A DNA stretch of 64,000 nucleotides. Origin: Clostridia bacterium. Lineage in GTDB: Bacteria; Actinomycetota; Actinomycetes; Mycobacteriales; Mycobacteriaceae. The notes under the pieces were generated by a model. It worked only from the letters and a program-made list of their open reading frames with translations. It made no database searches and was not told the DNA's origin. Shown one piece after another: positions 19,372 to 28,808 of the stretch (position 1 is its first letter; the number at the start of each line of letters is the position of its first letter). The stretch covers positions 7-64,006 of the forward strand of contig CAVFKS010000002.1 in NCBI GenBank assembly GCA_963623015.1, in the 5' to 3' direction. A program made the translations under genes and the position numbers.

Positions 19372-20717
19372 CGGTGGGACTCCTGAACAACGGGAAACAG
19401 GGAGGTATCGCTTCGGGCGGGGGTCGCCGCGGCCGTGGCCGGGCGGCGCGCCGCGTTAGAGATGCGCAGCAGGATGGCCAGCAGGATGTAGTTGGCCATC
19501 AGCGAGGAGCCGCCGGCGGACATGAACGGCGTGGTCAGGCCCGTCATCGGCAGCAGGGCGGAGATGCCGCCGGTGACCACGAAGACCTGGATGGCAATGG
19601 TAAGTGCCAGCCCGGCGGCGACCAGCTTGCCGTAGGTGTCGCGGCAGCTCAGCGCCGCATTAAAACCGCGGGTGACCAGCATGCCGAAGAGGACGAGCAC
19701 CGCGGCTAGGCCGATGAGCCCGAACTCCTCGCCGATGCCGGCCAGGATGAAATCCGAGTGCGCCACGGGGACGACCTCCGGGTGGCCCTTGCCAAGCCCG
19801 GTGCCGGTGATGCCGCCCGAGGACATGCCAAACAGCGCCTGGGAGAGCTGGTAGCCGCCGGTCTCGTAGTTGGCCAGCGGGTCCAAAAAGTTGGAGAAGC
19901 GGTTCTGGATCTTGTCCGAAATCTGGTAGATGCCAAAAGCGCCAACCGCCACGAGGACCAGCCCGATAAAGAGCCAGGACACCCGGCCGGTGGCGATAAA
20001 CAGCATGCCCAGCACGGTGCTAAACAGCAGCAGGGCGGGGCCGAAGTCATTGGACACGCCCATGATCACGATGGCGATGGCCCAGATGACCAGGATCGGC
20101 GCGAGATCGCGCAGGCGGGGCAGGGACAGGCCCAGGACCTTATATCCGGCGACGGTGAACAGGGAGCGCTTCTGCGCGAGCAGCATGGCGAAGAACAAGA
20201 TCAGCAGGATCTTGGAGAACTCGCCCGGCTGGATAGAAAAGGGCCCAAGCCAAATCCAGATGCGGGCCTCCGACTGCGGCGGCTGCGGCCACACCAGCGG
20301 CAGCGCCAAAAACACCAGGCCGACTAGGCCCAGAAGGTAGGAGTAGCGGGTCAGCGTCTTGTGATCGCGCAGTACGACGAGTACCAGGATGAACAAGATG
20401 ATGCCCACCACGGTCCACAGGATCTGGCGCGGGGCCAGGCCCCAGTCGTTGGCGAGATCCAGGCGCGCGAGCATGACCAGCCCGGTGCCGTTGAGCACGG
20501 CCACGATGGGCAGCATGAGCTGATCGGCCCACGGCGCCAGGAAGCACAGGGCTAGGTGGGCCACCGCGAAGACGCCGATGAAGCCGCCGATGAGGTAGAA
20601 GATTTCGGTGGTCAGGGCGTTGTCCTGGGACAGCTCCAGGCTGACCAGGGTGATGGCGAAGACCACCGTGGCCACGATGAGCAGCCCCAGCTCGGTGCCG
20701 CGAAACTTGAATGACAT
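19368..20717 (-). CDS. rodA: SEDS-family peptidoglycan glycosyltransferase RodA
   Basis: SIQPGEFSK, HSDFILAGIGEEFG, PMTGLTTPFMSAGGSS. Confidence 0.96.
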   Translation of the reverse strand: MSFKFRGTELGLLIVATVVFAITLVSLELSQDNALTTEIFYLIGGFIGVFAVAHLALCFLAPWADQLMLPIVAVLNGTGLVMLARLDLANDWGLAPRQILWTVVGIILFILVLVVLRDHKTLTRYSYLLGLVGLVFLALPLVWPQPPQSEARIWIWLGPFSIQPGEFSKILLILFFAMLLAQKRSLFTVAGYKVLGLSLPRLRDLAPILVIWAIAIVIMGVSNDFGPALLLFSTVLGMLFIATGRVSWLFIGLVLVAVGAFGIYQISDKIQNRFSNFLDPLANYETGGYQLSQALFGMSSGGITGTGLGKGHPEVVPVAHSDFILAGIGEEFGLIGLAAVLVLFGMLVTRGFNAALSCRDTYGKLVAAGLALTIAIQVFVVTGGISALLPMTGLTTPFMSAGGSSLMANYILLAILLRISNAARRPATAAATPARSDTSLFPVVQESHR

Positions 20718-20720
20718 GTA

Positions 20721-22076
20721 TTAATCCACCTTCCGGCAGTTGACCCCGGGCTCAGAGCGGAACTTGGTCTCATTCTTGCTCCCGTCCCGGCAGACCGGCA
20801 GCGCTTTGTCCGCCAGGCGGGTCAGGGCCGACTGGGCCTCGTCATAGCTTCCGCCCGGCAGGTTGGCTACCGCGCCGCGCTCGGTCTCGGGCAGGTCGGT
20901 GACGCTAAAGGGCGCGAACTTGCCCTCGCATTCCCCGGTGGGAAGCCCCAGCTCGCCCTCGGCGTTGAGGCAGGCGTGCTGGTAGGTCTGCGCCAGCTCG
21001 CGCCCGAAGAGGGAGAAGTCCACCCCGTTTTGGATGCTCAACTCCTGGGTCTCCGGGTCAGCGGCGACGTAGTAGTGGTTGGCCAGGTAAGTCTTGGAGC
21101 CGATGCCGGCGCCCAGGACCACGACTAGGGCCACGACGATGCCGGCGATGGCCGCCCAACCGATGCGGCGGCGGCCTCTGGCCGGCTCCTTATCGTCCGG
21201 GTCGGCCTCGCCCGCCATGGTCTTTTCCGTGGTGGACGGCACCGTCGCCGGAATGGTCTGCGGCGTGCGGTGCAGCTTGGCGGCGCGGCTGGCCGCCGAA
21301 TCCGGATGGGTGGGCTCGGGCACCTCGCCGGCGATGGCGCCGGCCAGCACGGGCTCGGCGTCGGCGGTGCCCTCCACGACCTCGGCGAGCACGACCGTGA
21401 CGTTGTCGGGCCCGCCGGAGCGCAGGGCCAGCTCAATGAGCGTCTGGGCGGCATCGTCAAGCTTCTCGCGCCCCAGCGCGGACTCGATGGTCGCGGCGGT
21501 GACGGGATCCGAAAGGCCATCGGAGCACAGCAGCAGGCGGTCGCCCACCTGGGCGTCGATGGGGGTCAGGGTGGGCTCGACATCGCGGCCGGTGTAGGCC
21601 TTGAGGATGAGCGACTTCTGCGGGTGGGAGGAGACGTCCTCCGGGTCGAGGCGGCCCTGATCCACCAGGGACTGGACGAAGGTGTCATCCTTGGTCAGCT
21701 GGGTCAGCTTGCCGCCGCGCAGCCGGTAGCCGCGGGAGTCGCCGACGTGGATGAGGCCAAACTCGGAGCCGTTGAACATCAAGGCGGTGAGCGTGGTGCC
21801 CATGCCCTCGGTCTCCGGGTGCTGGGCGACGTGGCGGGCGATGTCCGCGTTGGCATCGCGCGCCGCAGCCCCCAGGATGGCCAACATGTCGTTGTCTTCT
21901 GGGTCCTGGTTGGCGCGCTGCAGGCGCGTGATCATCAGCTGGGAGGCGACCTCGCCGGCGGCGTGGCCGCCCATGCCGTCAGCCAGGGCGATGAGGTGGG
22001 CGCCGGCGAAGGCGGAGTCCTCGTTGTTCTGGCGCACGAGCCCGCGATCGGACCTGGCGGTTACCTGTAGTTTCAT
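20721..22076 (-). CDS. ppp: PP2C-family Ser/Thr phosphatase (PstP/Ppp)
   Basis: RQNNEDS, ADGMGGH, LLCSDGL, GGPDNVT; TM and extracellular domain. Confidence 0.96.
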   Translation of the reverse strand: MKLQVTARSDRGLVRQNNEDSAFAGAHLIALADGMGGHAAGEVASQLMITRLQRANQDPEDNDMLAILGAAARDANADIARHVAQHPETEGMGTTLTALMFNGSEFGLIHVGDSRGYRLRGGKLTQLTKDDTFVQSLVDQGRLDPEDVSSHPQKSLILKAYTGRDVEPTLTPIDAQVGDRLLLCSDGLSDPVTAATIESALGREKLDDAAQTLIELALRSGGPDNVTVVLAEVVEGTADAEPVLAGAIAGEVPEPTHPDSAASRAAKLHRTPQTIPATVPSTTEKTMAGEADPDDKEPARGRRRIGWAAIAGIVVALVVVLGAGIGSKTYLANHYYVAADPETQELSIQNGVDFSLFGRELAQTYQHACLNAEGELGLPTGECEGKFAPFSVTDLPETERGAVANLPGGSYDEAQSALTRLADKALPVCRDGSKNETKFRSEPGVNCRKVD

Positions 22077-22534
22077 GGCATCAACCTCACGGTCGTTCGA
22101 CCCATCTTGATTTCGCTACCCACGCCGACCTGCTCGGGCTGATCGATGCGCATACCGTCGACATAGGTGCCGTTGCGGGACTCGAGATCCTCGACGAACC
22201 AGTCGGAGCCGCGACGGAAGAGCCGGGAGTGGTGGGCAGATGAGTAATCATCCCCGGTGATGAAGTCACAGTTGGTGGCGCGGCCGAGCACGAGCTCCTC
22301 GAGGGCGCCGAGTTCCATGTGGGAGCCCTGCAGCGGGCCCTCCACGATGGTGATGTGGCCGGCCCTCTCATGGTGGCGGGCGCCGGCGCGCGGGGCGGCC
22401 GCCGGCGCGGAGACAGAAGAAACAGAGGCTGCGCGGTTGACGTCGCGCCGCATGGCACCTAGCGCCAGGAAGATAAAGACCCACAGCAGTGCGAGCAGCC
22501 CGATGCGCAGGCCCAGGAGAACAACGGAGTCCAC
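22073..22534 (-). CDS. fhaB: FHA domain protein FhaB/FipA
   Basis: N-terminal TM; GR...S..H...SRNGT FHA motif. Confidence 0.93.
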   Translation of the reverse strand: MDSVVLLGLRIGLLALLWVFIFLALGAMRRDVNRAASVSSVSAPAAAPRAGARHHERAGHITIVEGPLQGSHMELGALEELVLGRATNCDFITGDDYSSAHHSRLFRRGSDWFVEDLESRNGTYVDGMRIDQPEQVGVGSEIKMGRTTVRLMP

Positions 22535-22549
22535 GAGGGTTAGCCTTCC

Positions 22550-23380
22550 TTATTTAGAGCTACCGGCATCGTCGACGCCGGTAATTCGGACCTCGATGTG
22601 GGAGTGGCCCACGGTGATGACGTCGCCGTCGGCGAGCAGCCAGTTTTCAATCGGGGTGTCGTTGACGGTGGTGCCGTTGGTGGACTGCAGGTCCACGAGG
22701 ACGGCATCGGAACCATTCCACGTGATCTCAGCGTGCTGGCGGGAGACCCCGGTGTCCGGCAGGCGGAGGTCGGCGTCGTTGGAGCGGCCGATGATATTGG
22801 AGCCGTCGTGGACCTGGTAGGTCCGGGAAGACCCGTCCTGCAGCAGCAGGTTGACGCTGGGGCCCTGTTCCGGGTCTGGGTTGAACCCGGTGTGCGCGCG
22901 GAAGGCGGTGGTTGCGGCCTCGGCGTCGGCGTGTGGGTGAGTCATCTGGTCCTCCTGACCGGTGTCGTGAAAGATGGCGTCGTATCCGGTTTCCTCGACC
23001 GGTTCATGATCGATAAAAGACGAGATCCGCAGCTGACCGGTGCGCAGTCCCGATTCCTCCGCGATGCGCACCACGATGCGCCCGGCCACCGACCAGCCGC
23101 TGTTGCGCACGAAGCGCGCCAGCTGATCTGCTAGCTCGGACGGGGTGTCTGCGTCCCGCGAGAGGTTCTCGATGTCCTTGGAACTCACCGCGACGGTGAG
23201 CACGTTGGGGGCGTAGAGCACCCCGTCCTCCCCGCGGGAGAGGTTATCTTGGGCCTCCTGCTTGAGGAGCTCCTCGATTTCCGCCGGGACGACCTTGCCG
23301 CCGAAGACGAGCGCCATGGAATTGTCCAGCCCACGCTGGAGCGACGTGTCCAGCTTGGCGAGCTTGGCAAATACTCCCAT
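22550..23380 (-). CDS. fhaA: DUF3662 + FHA domain protein FhaA
   Basis: FGGKVVPAEIE N-terminal domain; IGRS...VSRQHA...STNGT FHA. Confidence 0.94.
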   Translation of the reverse strand: MGVFAKLAKLDTSLQRGLDNSMALVFGGKVVPAEIEELLKQEAQDNLSRGEDGVLYAPNVLTVAVSSKDIENLSRDADTPSELADQLARFVRNSGWSVAGRIVVRIAEESGLRTGQLRISSFIDHEPVEETGYDAIFHDTGQEDQMTHPHADAEAATTAFRAHTGFNPDPEQGPSVNLLLQDGSSRTYQVHDGSNIIGRSNDADLRLPDTGVSRQHAEITWNGSDAVLVDLQSTNGTTVNDTPIENWLLADGDVITVGHSHIEVRITGVDDAGSSK

Positions 23381-23647
23381 TGAGGTGGCCTCCCATCAGA
23401 ATTGCGGCGGTTGCAGGGTCAACTGCGTTCTTCAAAGTGTTTCAAAGTCGGTGCGAGTGCCTCCTTTAAGGCACCCGCGCGTCTTAATGACCCGTCCAGT
23501 ATAGGGTCTGCGTGTAGGCACAACGAATACCTTGGCGCGAAAGTTCCGGTGATTTTTGCCAAAATCTCCGCCGTGTACTGCGGATTTGCGAAAGGATGGG
23601 GATCTCATGCTATCTTTATCAAGTCGCACAGCACATATCGACACCCT

Positions 23648-23734
23648 GCCCGGGTGGCGGAATTGGCAGACGCGCTGGCTTCAGGTGCCAGTGTTCGCAA
23701 GAACGTGCGGGTTCAAGTCCCGCCCCGGGCACCA
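23648..23734 (+). tRNA. tRNA-Leu(CAG)
   Basis: GCCCGGG acceptor, anticodon loop TTCAGGT, long variable arm, encoded CCA. Confidence 0.97.
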
Positions 23735-23736
23735 TC

Positions 23737-23777
23737 GAAATCTCGAGTCATTACTATGATGGCCCGAGATTTTTTCG
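23737..23777 (+). terminator. Terminator after tRNA-Leu
   Basis: AAATCTCGAGTCAT / ATGGCCCGAGATTT imperfect stem plus T run. Confidence 0.7.
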
Positions 23778-23889
23778 TTTTCCAAGCTTGAGCCTAAGCC
23801 GAAGCGTGAGGGTTAAGCCAGGTGTGGGGACAGCTTTAGGGAATGTTGCCGTGTCGGATTCCTATTGAGTGGTTGTACTCGGTTGGGAT

Positions 23890-24015
23890 AGCGTCTGTCG
23901 TAGACGTGCCTAGGTCATAGGTCGGCTTCGCGATTTCAGGGTTAGCAAGCAGCTTCCTTTCAATCGCATCAATCTTGGCTTTATCCGCCGGATCTCGTCG
24001 TACCACGGTAGTCAT
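23890..24015 (-). mobile_element. IS256-family transposase N-terminal fragment
   Basis: MTTVVRRDPADKAKIDAIERKLLANPEIAK...DLGTSTTDA matches my recollection of corynebacterial IS256 transposase starts; truncated after ~42 codons. Confidence 0.7.
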
Positions 24016-24038
24016 TCTGGATCCCATTTTTAGGCATT

Positions 24039-24233
24039 ATGGGTGGACATATTACGCGTCATGCGGCAACTCAGATGGCTAAGCGGAAGATCAGTAAAGA
24101 GCTAGTTGAGTGTGCCATAAAGACAGGCAGGGCATGCCGTGGTAACGGAAATACTACGGTATTTAACGGAAACGGTGCCAGGGGTGTTTTCGATAATGTG
24201 ACCGGCAAGGTATTTGCCGCTACGAAAGGATAA
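24039..24233 (+). CDS. DUF4258-like small basic toxin domain (possibly 5'-truncated)
   Basis: ITRHAATQMAKRKISKELVECAIKTG fits the T.HA..RM..R.I pattern; low GC; no clear RBS. Confidence 0.6.
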   Translation: MGGHITRHAATQMAKRKISKELVECAIKTGRACRGNGNTTVFNGNGARGVFDNVTGKVFAATKG

Positions 24234-24235
24234 TT

Positions 24236-24454
24236 GTGAATTTCGACTACGACCCGGAAGCTGATGCAGCCTATCTTGCTGTAACGCGGTCAGGAGCCCT
24301 TCCGGATCGGCAGATATCAGGAATAGCTGCGGAAGGAATGGAAGGAGAGATAGAGATAGACATCGATGAAAATGGCAAAGTTATTGGTATTGAGTTTGTG
24401 AATGCTTCCTTGATCCTTTATCCAGATTTCCTTAAGAGGACAAATAGGGCATAA
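24236..24454 (+). CDS. DUF2283 domain protein (putative antitoxin/immunity)
   Basis: YDPEADAAYL...IDIDENGKVIGIEFVNAS signature; GAAAGGA RBS. Confidence 0.85.
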   Translation: MNFDYDPEADAAYLAVTRSGALPDRQISGIAAEGMEGEIEIDIDENGKVIGIEFVNASLILYPDFLKRTNRA

Positions 24455-24835
24455 TATTAGCGGCTAGAGGGGTGCCTTGGGTAGGGGATTTTCCAGTCTG
24501 CTGTTAATTTGCGTGTAGACACGTCAAAGTAGTGATTCTAGCGGGGATATTATTCTGATTTCCGTGTGCGCAGAGGCGACGTCTTATTGTGTTGATAGGG
24601 GATGCCGGGCGGGGCCATCTGTGGTGTTTTGAAACAGGCATATCGGGGTTTCATCAACTCGCGCTGAAATGTACTGCGTCAAGGGCGCAGAGTACCCGTG
24701 AGTGTGAGGACGCCATCTCTCCACACATCGGGCATAGCCTCCTTATCTTGTCCCTTTCCGTCGGGCAACAAGGGCGAACGGGCCTGGGGGATGAGGGGGC
24801 CTCCTAGGAGTTTTGTCGGGGCGGGGAGTCGGGAC

Positions 24836-24854
24836 TAAGGTAACCCTTGCCTAA
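24836..24854. promoter_or_regulatory. DtxR box
   Basis: TAAGGTAACCCTTGCCTAA versus consensus TWAGGTWAGSCTWACCTWA, upstream of the iron ABC operon. Confidence 0.85.
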
Positions 24855-24891
24855 TTTCAGGCATTGTGATGTGAAAGAGACTTGACTCATT

Positions 24892-26100
24892 ATGAAAAAG
24901 ATTTTCGCCGCAGTCGCCGCGACTGCGCTGATGTTCGGGGCAGCGGGCTGCTCCAATAACGCGGCCGAAAAGCCGGCCGCAGACAACACGGCTGCCACCT
25001 CGCAGGTACAAACGAGCGCGCGCACCGCGGATCATGCCGCGCTGACCGTGCACGACGCCGCCGGCCGGACCGTCGAATTTGCCGAGCAACCTGAGCGGAT
25101 CATCCTGGCGGAGGGCCGCAATACCTTCGTCACGGCGATGCTCCAGGAGGATCCCTTCCACAACGTCGTGGCCTTCGGCAAGGACCTGAGCAATGCCGCC
25201 CCGAAGTTCGAGGAGAAGCTCTACGAGCTCAACCCGGCGGCGAAGGATCTGCCGGAGATCGGCAACATTGCCAAGGGCGACGTCACGGTCGAAAACCTCC
25301 TGGCCCAGGACCCGGACGTCGTGGTCATGTCCCTGGATCACAAGGATGGCGCGGAGAAGACCGGGTTCATCGAGAAGCTTGACCAGGCCGGCATCACCTA
25401 CGTGTTCACCGACTTCCGCCAGAAGCCGCTGCAGAACACGACCACCTCGGTCAAGCTGCTGGGCGACCTTTTGGGCCAGTCCGAGCGGGCTGAGAAGTTC
25501 AATGCATTCTACGACGCCAAGGTCAAGGAGATCACCGACCGCATCAAGGACATCAAGGAAGAAGATCGTCCGGCCGCGCTGGTGTGGACCGCCGCCGGCC
25601 TGATGGACTGCTGCTCGGTGTCCTCAGACAAGAACTTCGGTGCCCTCCTTGATGCCCTGCAGGTCAAGAACCTGGGCAAGGAGATTACCTCGGCAGAAAA
25701 CAACAAGCTGACCGCCGAGAAGATGATTGAGATGCAGCCGGAGAACCTCATCGTCACCGGCGGCGAATGGTCGGGCGATGCCGACAAGAACCCCGACGTC
25801 AACCACGTGGAGCTGGGCTACCAGTCCAGCCCGGAGTTGGCGGAAAAGACCCTCAATAGCCCGCTGGAGACCCCGGGTCTGGAGTTGCTGGAGGCCCCGA
25901 AGAATAACAAGTACTTTGCCGTCTACCACCAGTTCTACGACAACCCCTACAACGTCTTCGCCCTCGAGGCCTTCGCCCAGTGGCTCTACCCGGACCAGTT
26001 CAAGGACATGGACGCCACCCAGGACTTCGCGGACTTCCACAAGGACTGGATGCCGTTTGACTACTCCGGCGCCTTCTTCGTCCAGGCCAACAACAACTAA
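24892..26100 (+). CDS. Iron-siderophore ABC transporter substrate-binding lipoprotein
   Basis: Lipobox AAGC; HDAAGRTVEF..QPERII class III SBP pattern; HQFYDNPYN. Confidence 0.9.
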   Translation: MKKIFAAVAATALMFGAAGCSNNAAEKPAADNTAATSQVQTSARTADHAALTVHDAAGRTVEFAEQPERIILAEGRNTFVTAMLQEDPFHNVVAFGKDLSNAAPKFEEKLYELNPAAKDLPEIGNIAKGDVTVENLLAQDPDVVVMSLDHKDGAEKTGFIEKLDQAGITYVFTDFRQKPLQNTTTSVKLLGDLLGQSERAEKFNAFYDAKVKEITDRIKDIKEEDRPAALVWTAAGLMDCCSVSSDKNFGALLDALQVKNLGKEITSAENNKLTAEKMIEMQPENLIVTGGEWSGDADKNPDVNHVELGYQSSPELAEKTLNSPLETPGLELLEAPKNNKYFAVYHQFYDNPYNVFALEAFAQWLYPDQFKDMDATQDFADFHKDWMPFDYSGAFFVQANNN

Positions 26101-26106
26101 TCGGCG

Positions 26107-27192
26107 ATGACGCGCATGCAAGCACCTGAGGATCAGTCATCTCTCCCGGACCTGAAGCAGCGGGCCATCCGGGATTACCACCATCGGGCCCGCCGCAAGG
26201 TGGTGGCCATCGCCGGGCTTATCGTGCTTGCGTTCGCGGCCTTCGTCGTGGCGACCATCGTCGGCCCCATCGATCTCAGTGTCGGCGACCTCTTTGCGGC
26301 CCTGACCGGCGCCGAAGGCGTGGATCAGCGCACCCACACCGTGCTCTGGGACCTGCGCCTGCCGGCCTCGGTCATGGCCCTGTTGGTGGGTGCTGCGCTG
26401 GGGCTATCCGGCGCGCTCATGCAGACCATCCTGGACAACCCCTTAGCCGAGCCGTTTACCTTGGGCATTTCCTCGGCGGCGGCGTTCGGCGCGGCCTTTT
26501 CCATCGTCATGGGCTGGACCATCCTGGCCAACCCGCAGTTCAACCTGGCGCTCATGACGTCGATCTCGGCGCTGGTTGCGGTCGTCGTCGTGGCGGGGGC
26601 GTCGCTGTGGCGCGGTGCCAGCGCCGAGGTGATGATCCTGCTGGGCATTGCGCTATCCTTTTTCTTTCAGGCCCTGCTGTCGCTGATGCAGTACGGCGCC
26701 TCCACGGAGGCCCTCCAGCAGATCGTGTTCTGGACCATGGGCTCGATGCAGCGCGCCAACTGGGCCTCGAACGGGATCATCCTGGCCGCCCTGGCCATCG
26801 CCATCCCATATGCGGCGGCCAGCGCCTGGAAACTGACCGCCATGCGGCTAGGCGATGACCGCGCGGCATCGCTAGGCGTCAACGTCAAGGCTCTGCGGAT
26901 TACCGTTTTGGTCGTGGCCTCCGTGTTGGCGGCCGCCGCGGTGGCCTTCGCCGGCATCATCGGCTTCATCGGGCTGGTAGGCCCGCACATCGCGCGCATG
27001 CTCGTCGGCGAGGATCAGGCCTTCTTCCTGCCGGCATCTGTGGCCGCCGGCGCGGTGTTGATGACCGTCGCTTATGCGGTGTCCATCACCATCGTGCCCG
27101 GGGTGGCCATCCCGATTGGCATCATCACGGCCCTGGTGGGCGTTCCCTTCTTCGTATTCCTTGTATTCTCGCGCCGGCGGGCAGGAAGGTAA
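26107..27192 (+). CDS. FecCD-family iron ABC permease
   Basis: LRLP, NPLAEPFTLGISSAA, GIIGFIGLVGPHIAR. Confidence 0.93.
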   Translation: MTRMQAPEDQSSLPDLKQRAIRDYHHRARRKVVAIAGLIVLAFAAFVVATIVGPIDLSVGDLFAALTGAEGVDQRTHTVLWDLRLPASVMALLVGAALGLSGALMQTILDNPLAEPFTLGISSAAAFGAAFSIVMGWTILANPQFNLALMTSISALVAVVVVAGASLWRGASAEVMILLGIALSFFFQALLSLMQYGASTEALQQIVFWTMGSMQRANWASNGIILAALAIAIPYAAASAWKLTAMRLGDDRAASLGVNVKALRITVLVVASVLAAAAVAFAGIIGFIGLVGPHIARMLVGEDQAFFLPASVAAGAVLMTVAYAVSITIVPGVAIPIGIITALVGVPFFVFLVFSRRRAGR

Positions 27193-27199
27193 GACAGCA

Positions 27200-27943
27200 A
27201 TGGCAATCACGGTTGAAGACCTCACCTTCCGTTATGGCAAGCGCACCATCTTGGATGGCATGTCCTTCGGGCCCCTGTGGGAAGGCCGCCTCACGGGGCT
27301 TTTGGGCCCCAACGCCGCGGGCAAGTCCACCCTGCTCAACTCAATCGCGGGGCTCAAGCGCCCCACCGGCGGGCGGGTCTTAATTTCCCGCGATGGCGCC
27401 GCGCTGGGGGCCAAGGAGCAGCGCGCGGCCATCGGCTACGTCCCGCAGGACATTTTGTCCACGGCATCGCTCACCGCGTTCGAAAGCCTCATGGTTACCG
27501 CCCGCCGCCGCCACCGCCCGGGCGTCGATCCGGTGCAGGCCTGCGCGAACACCCTGGAGCTGCTCGGCATTACCTACCTGGCCGACCGCCTGGTCTCGGA
27601 GATGTCCGGCGGCCAGCGCCAGCTGGTTAGCGTAGCCCAGGTCTTAGTCGGGGATCCGGCCATCTTATTGCTGGATGAGCCGACCTCCGCGCTGGACCTG
27701 CGCCACCAGATTGAGCTGCTCACGGTCGTGCGCGGCACCGTTGCCGACGGGGCCCACCAGGCCGTCGTGGCCATCCACGACGTCAACCTCGCCGCCCGCT
27801 ACTGCGACGACCTCCTGGTCATCAAGGACGGCAAGGCACTGGCCCACGGGACTCCCGCCGAGGTCTACGGGATCCAGGCCACCATCCTCGACGATAACGG
27901 CACCCCGGTCATCTGCCCCGTATCTGGCCCTGCGGCTAGCTAG
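27200..27943 (+). CDS. Iron ABC transporter ATP-binding protein
   Basis: GPNAAGKS, MSGGQRQ, LLLDEPT, IHD. Confidence 0.92.
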   Translation: MAITVEDLTFRYGKRTILDGMSFGPLWEGRLTGLLGPNAAGKSTLLNSIAGLKRPTGGRVLISRDGAALGAKEQRAAIGYVPQDILSTASLTAFESLMVTARRRHRPGVDPVQACANTLELLGITYLADRLVSEMSGGQRQLVSVAQVLVGDPAILLLDEPTSALDLRHQIELLTVVRGTVADGAHQAVVAIHDVNLAARYCDDLLVIKDGKALAHGTPAEVYGIQATILDDNGTPVICPVSGPAAS

Positions 27944-27946
27944 GCG

Positions 27947-28771
27947 ATGCCGGCCGCGCGCGTTCTGGTAGCGTCAGTAGCAATGTTAAACTCCCAGCGC
28001 ACTGCGCATTCTGTAGAGACCGCGCATACTGTGTCGGTGGTTATCCCGTGTTTTAACGACGCGGTGTTGCTACGTCGGGTGCTGGGCTCGCTAGTGCGGC
28101 AGTCGGTGCCGGCGGATGAGATCATCGTGGTGGATAACAATTCCACCGATGCCTCCGCGGCGGTGGCCCGGGAGTTTGCGGGGGTGCACGTGGTCACGGA
28201 GGCCCGGCAGGGGATTACCTGGGCCGCCGCGGCCGGCTATGACGCCGCGCAGGGGGATCTCATCGTGCGCACCGATGCCGACGCCGTCGTGCCGCCCGAC
28301 TACATTGCCTGGGTGCACCGGGAGTGGGAGGACGCCCAGCTGCGGCCGGGCAACCAGGTCGTGGGGTTGACCGGGCCAGCGGAATTTGAGCTGCCCGGCC
28401 GGCCAGAGTGGTTCGCGCGGGTAGTTTCCGCGCTGTACCTGGGGGCGTATTTCTTAACGACGGGTTCGGCGCTGGGGCATCGCCCGCTGTTTGGCACCAA
28501 CTGCGTGCTCAGCGCCGCCTGGTGGCGCAGCGTGCGCGGGGCCGTTTCGCTTGACGATGCCGAGGTGCACGACGATCTACACCTATCCTTCGCGGTGCGC
28601 CCAGGGGAGACCGTGCGCTACGCGCCGCAGCTGCGGGTGCGCATGGATGGCCGGGCCCTGCGGGGCGGGCGGCAGCTGGTGCGCCGTTTCCGGCGCGGGT
28701 TCCACACGATGGGTTTAAACTTTAAAGTCAATCCGCCACACCGGCGCCTGCTCCAGAGGATCACGCATTAA
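27947..28771 (+). CDS. crtX: GT2 carotenoid glycosyltransferase (start may be ~27983)
   Basis: VVIPCFND, VDNNSTD, RTDAD, HDDLHLS; heads the crt cluster. Confidence 0.8.
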   Translation: MPAARVLVASVAMLNSQRTAHSVETAHTVSVVIPCFNDAVLLRRVLGSLVRQSVPADEIIVVDNNSTDASAAVAREFAGVHVVTEARQGITWAAAAGYDAAQGDLIVRTDADAVVPPDYIAWVHREWEDAQLRPGNQVVGLTGPAEFELPGRPEWFARVVSALYLGAYFLTTGSALGHRPLFGTNCVLSAAWWRSVRGAVSLDDAEVHDDLHLSFAVRPGETVRYAPQLRVRMDGRALRGGRQLVRRFRRGFHTMGLNFKVNPPHRRLLQRITH

Positions 28772-28808
28772 TAACCACACTCATCGCAACGAGGTAAAGA
28801 TCAAAGAA

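Noticed and set aside
24460..24830. Low-GC stretch with a 72-aa ORF (24589..24807)
   Set aside because: No recognisable motif, RBS or structure; probably decayed island DNA
23735..24830. Intact integrative element or prophage at tRNA-Leu
   Set aside because: No integrase and no duplicated tRNA 3' end seen; only remnants
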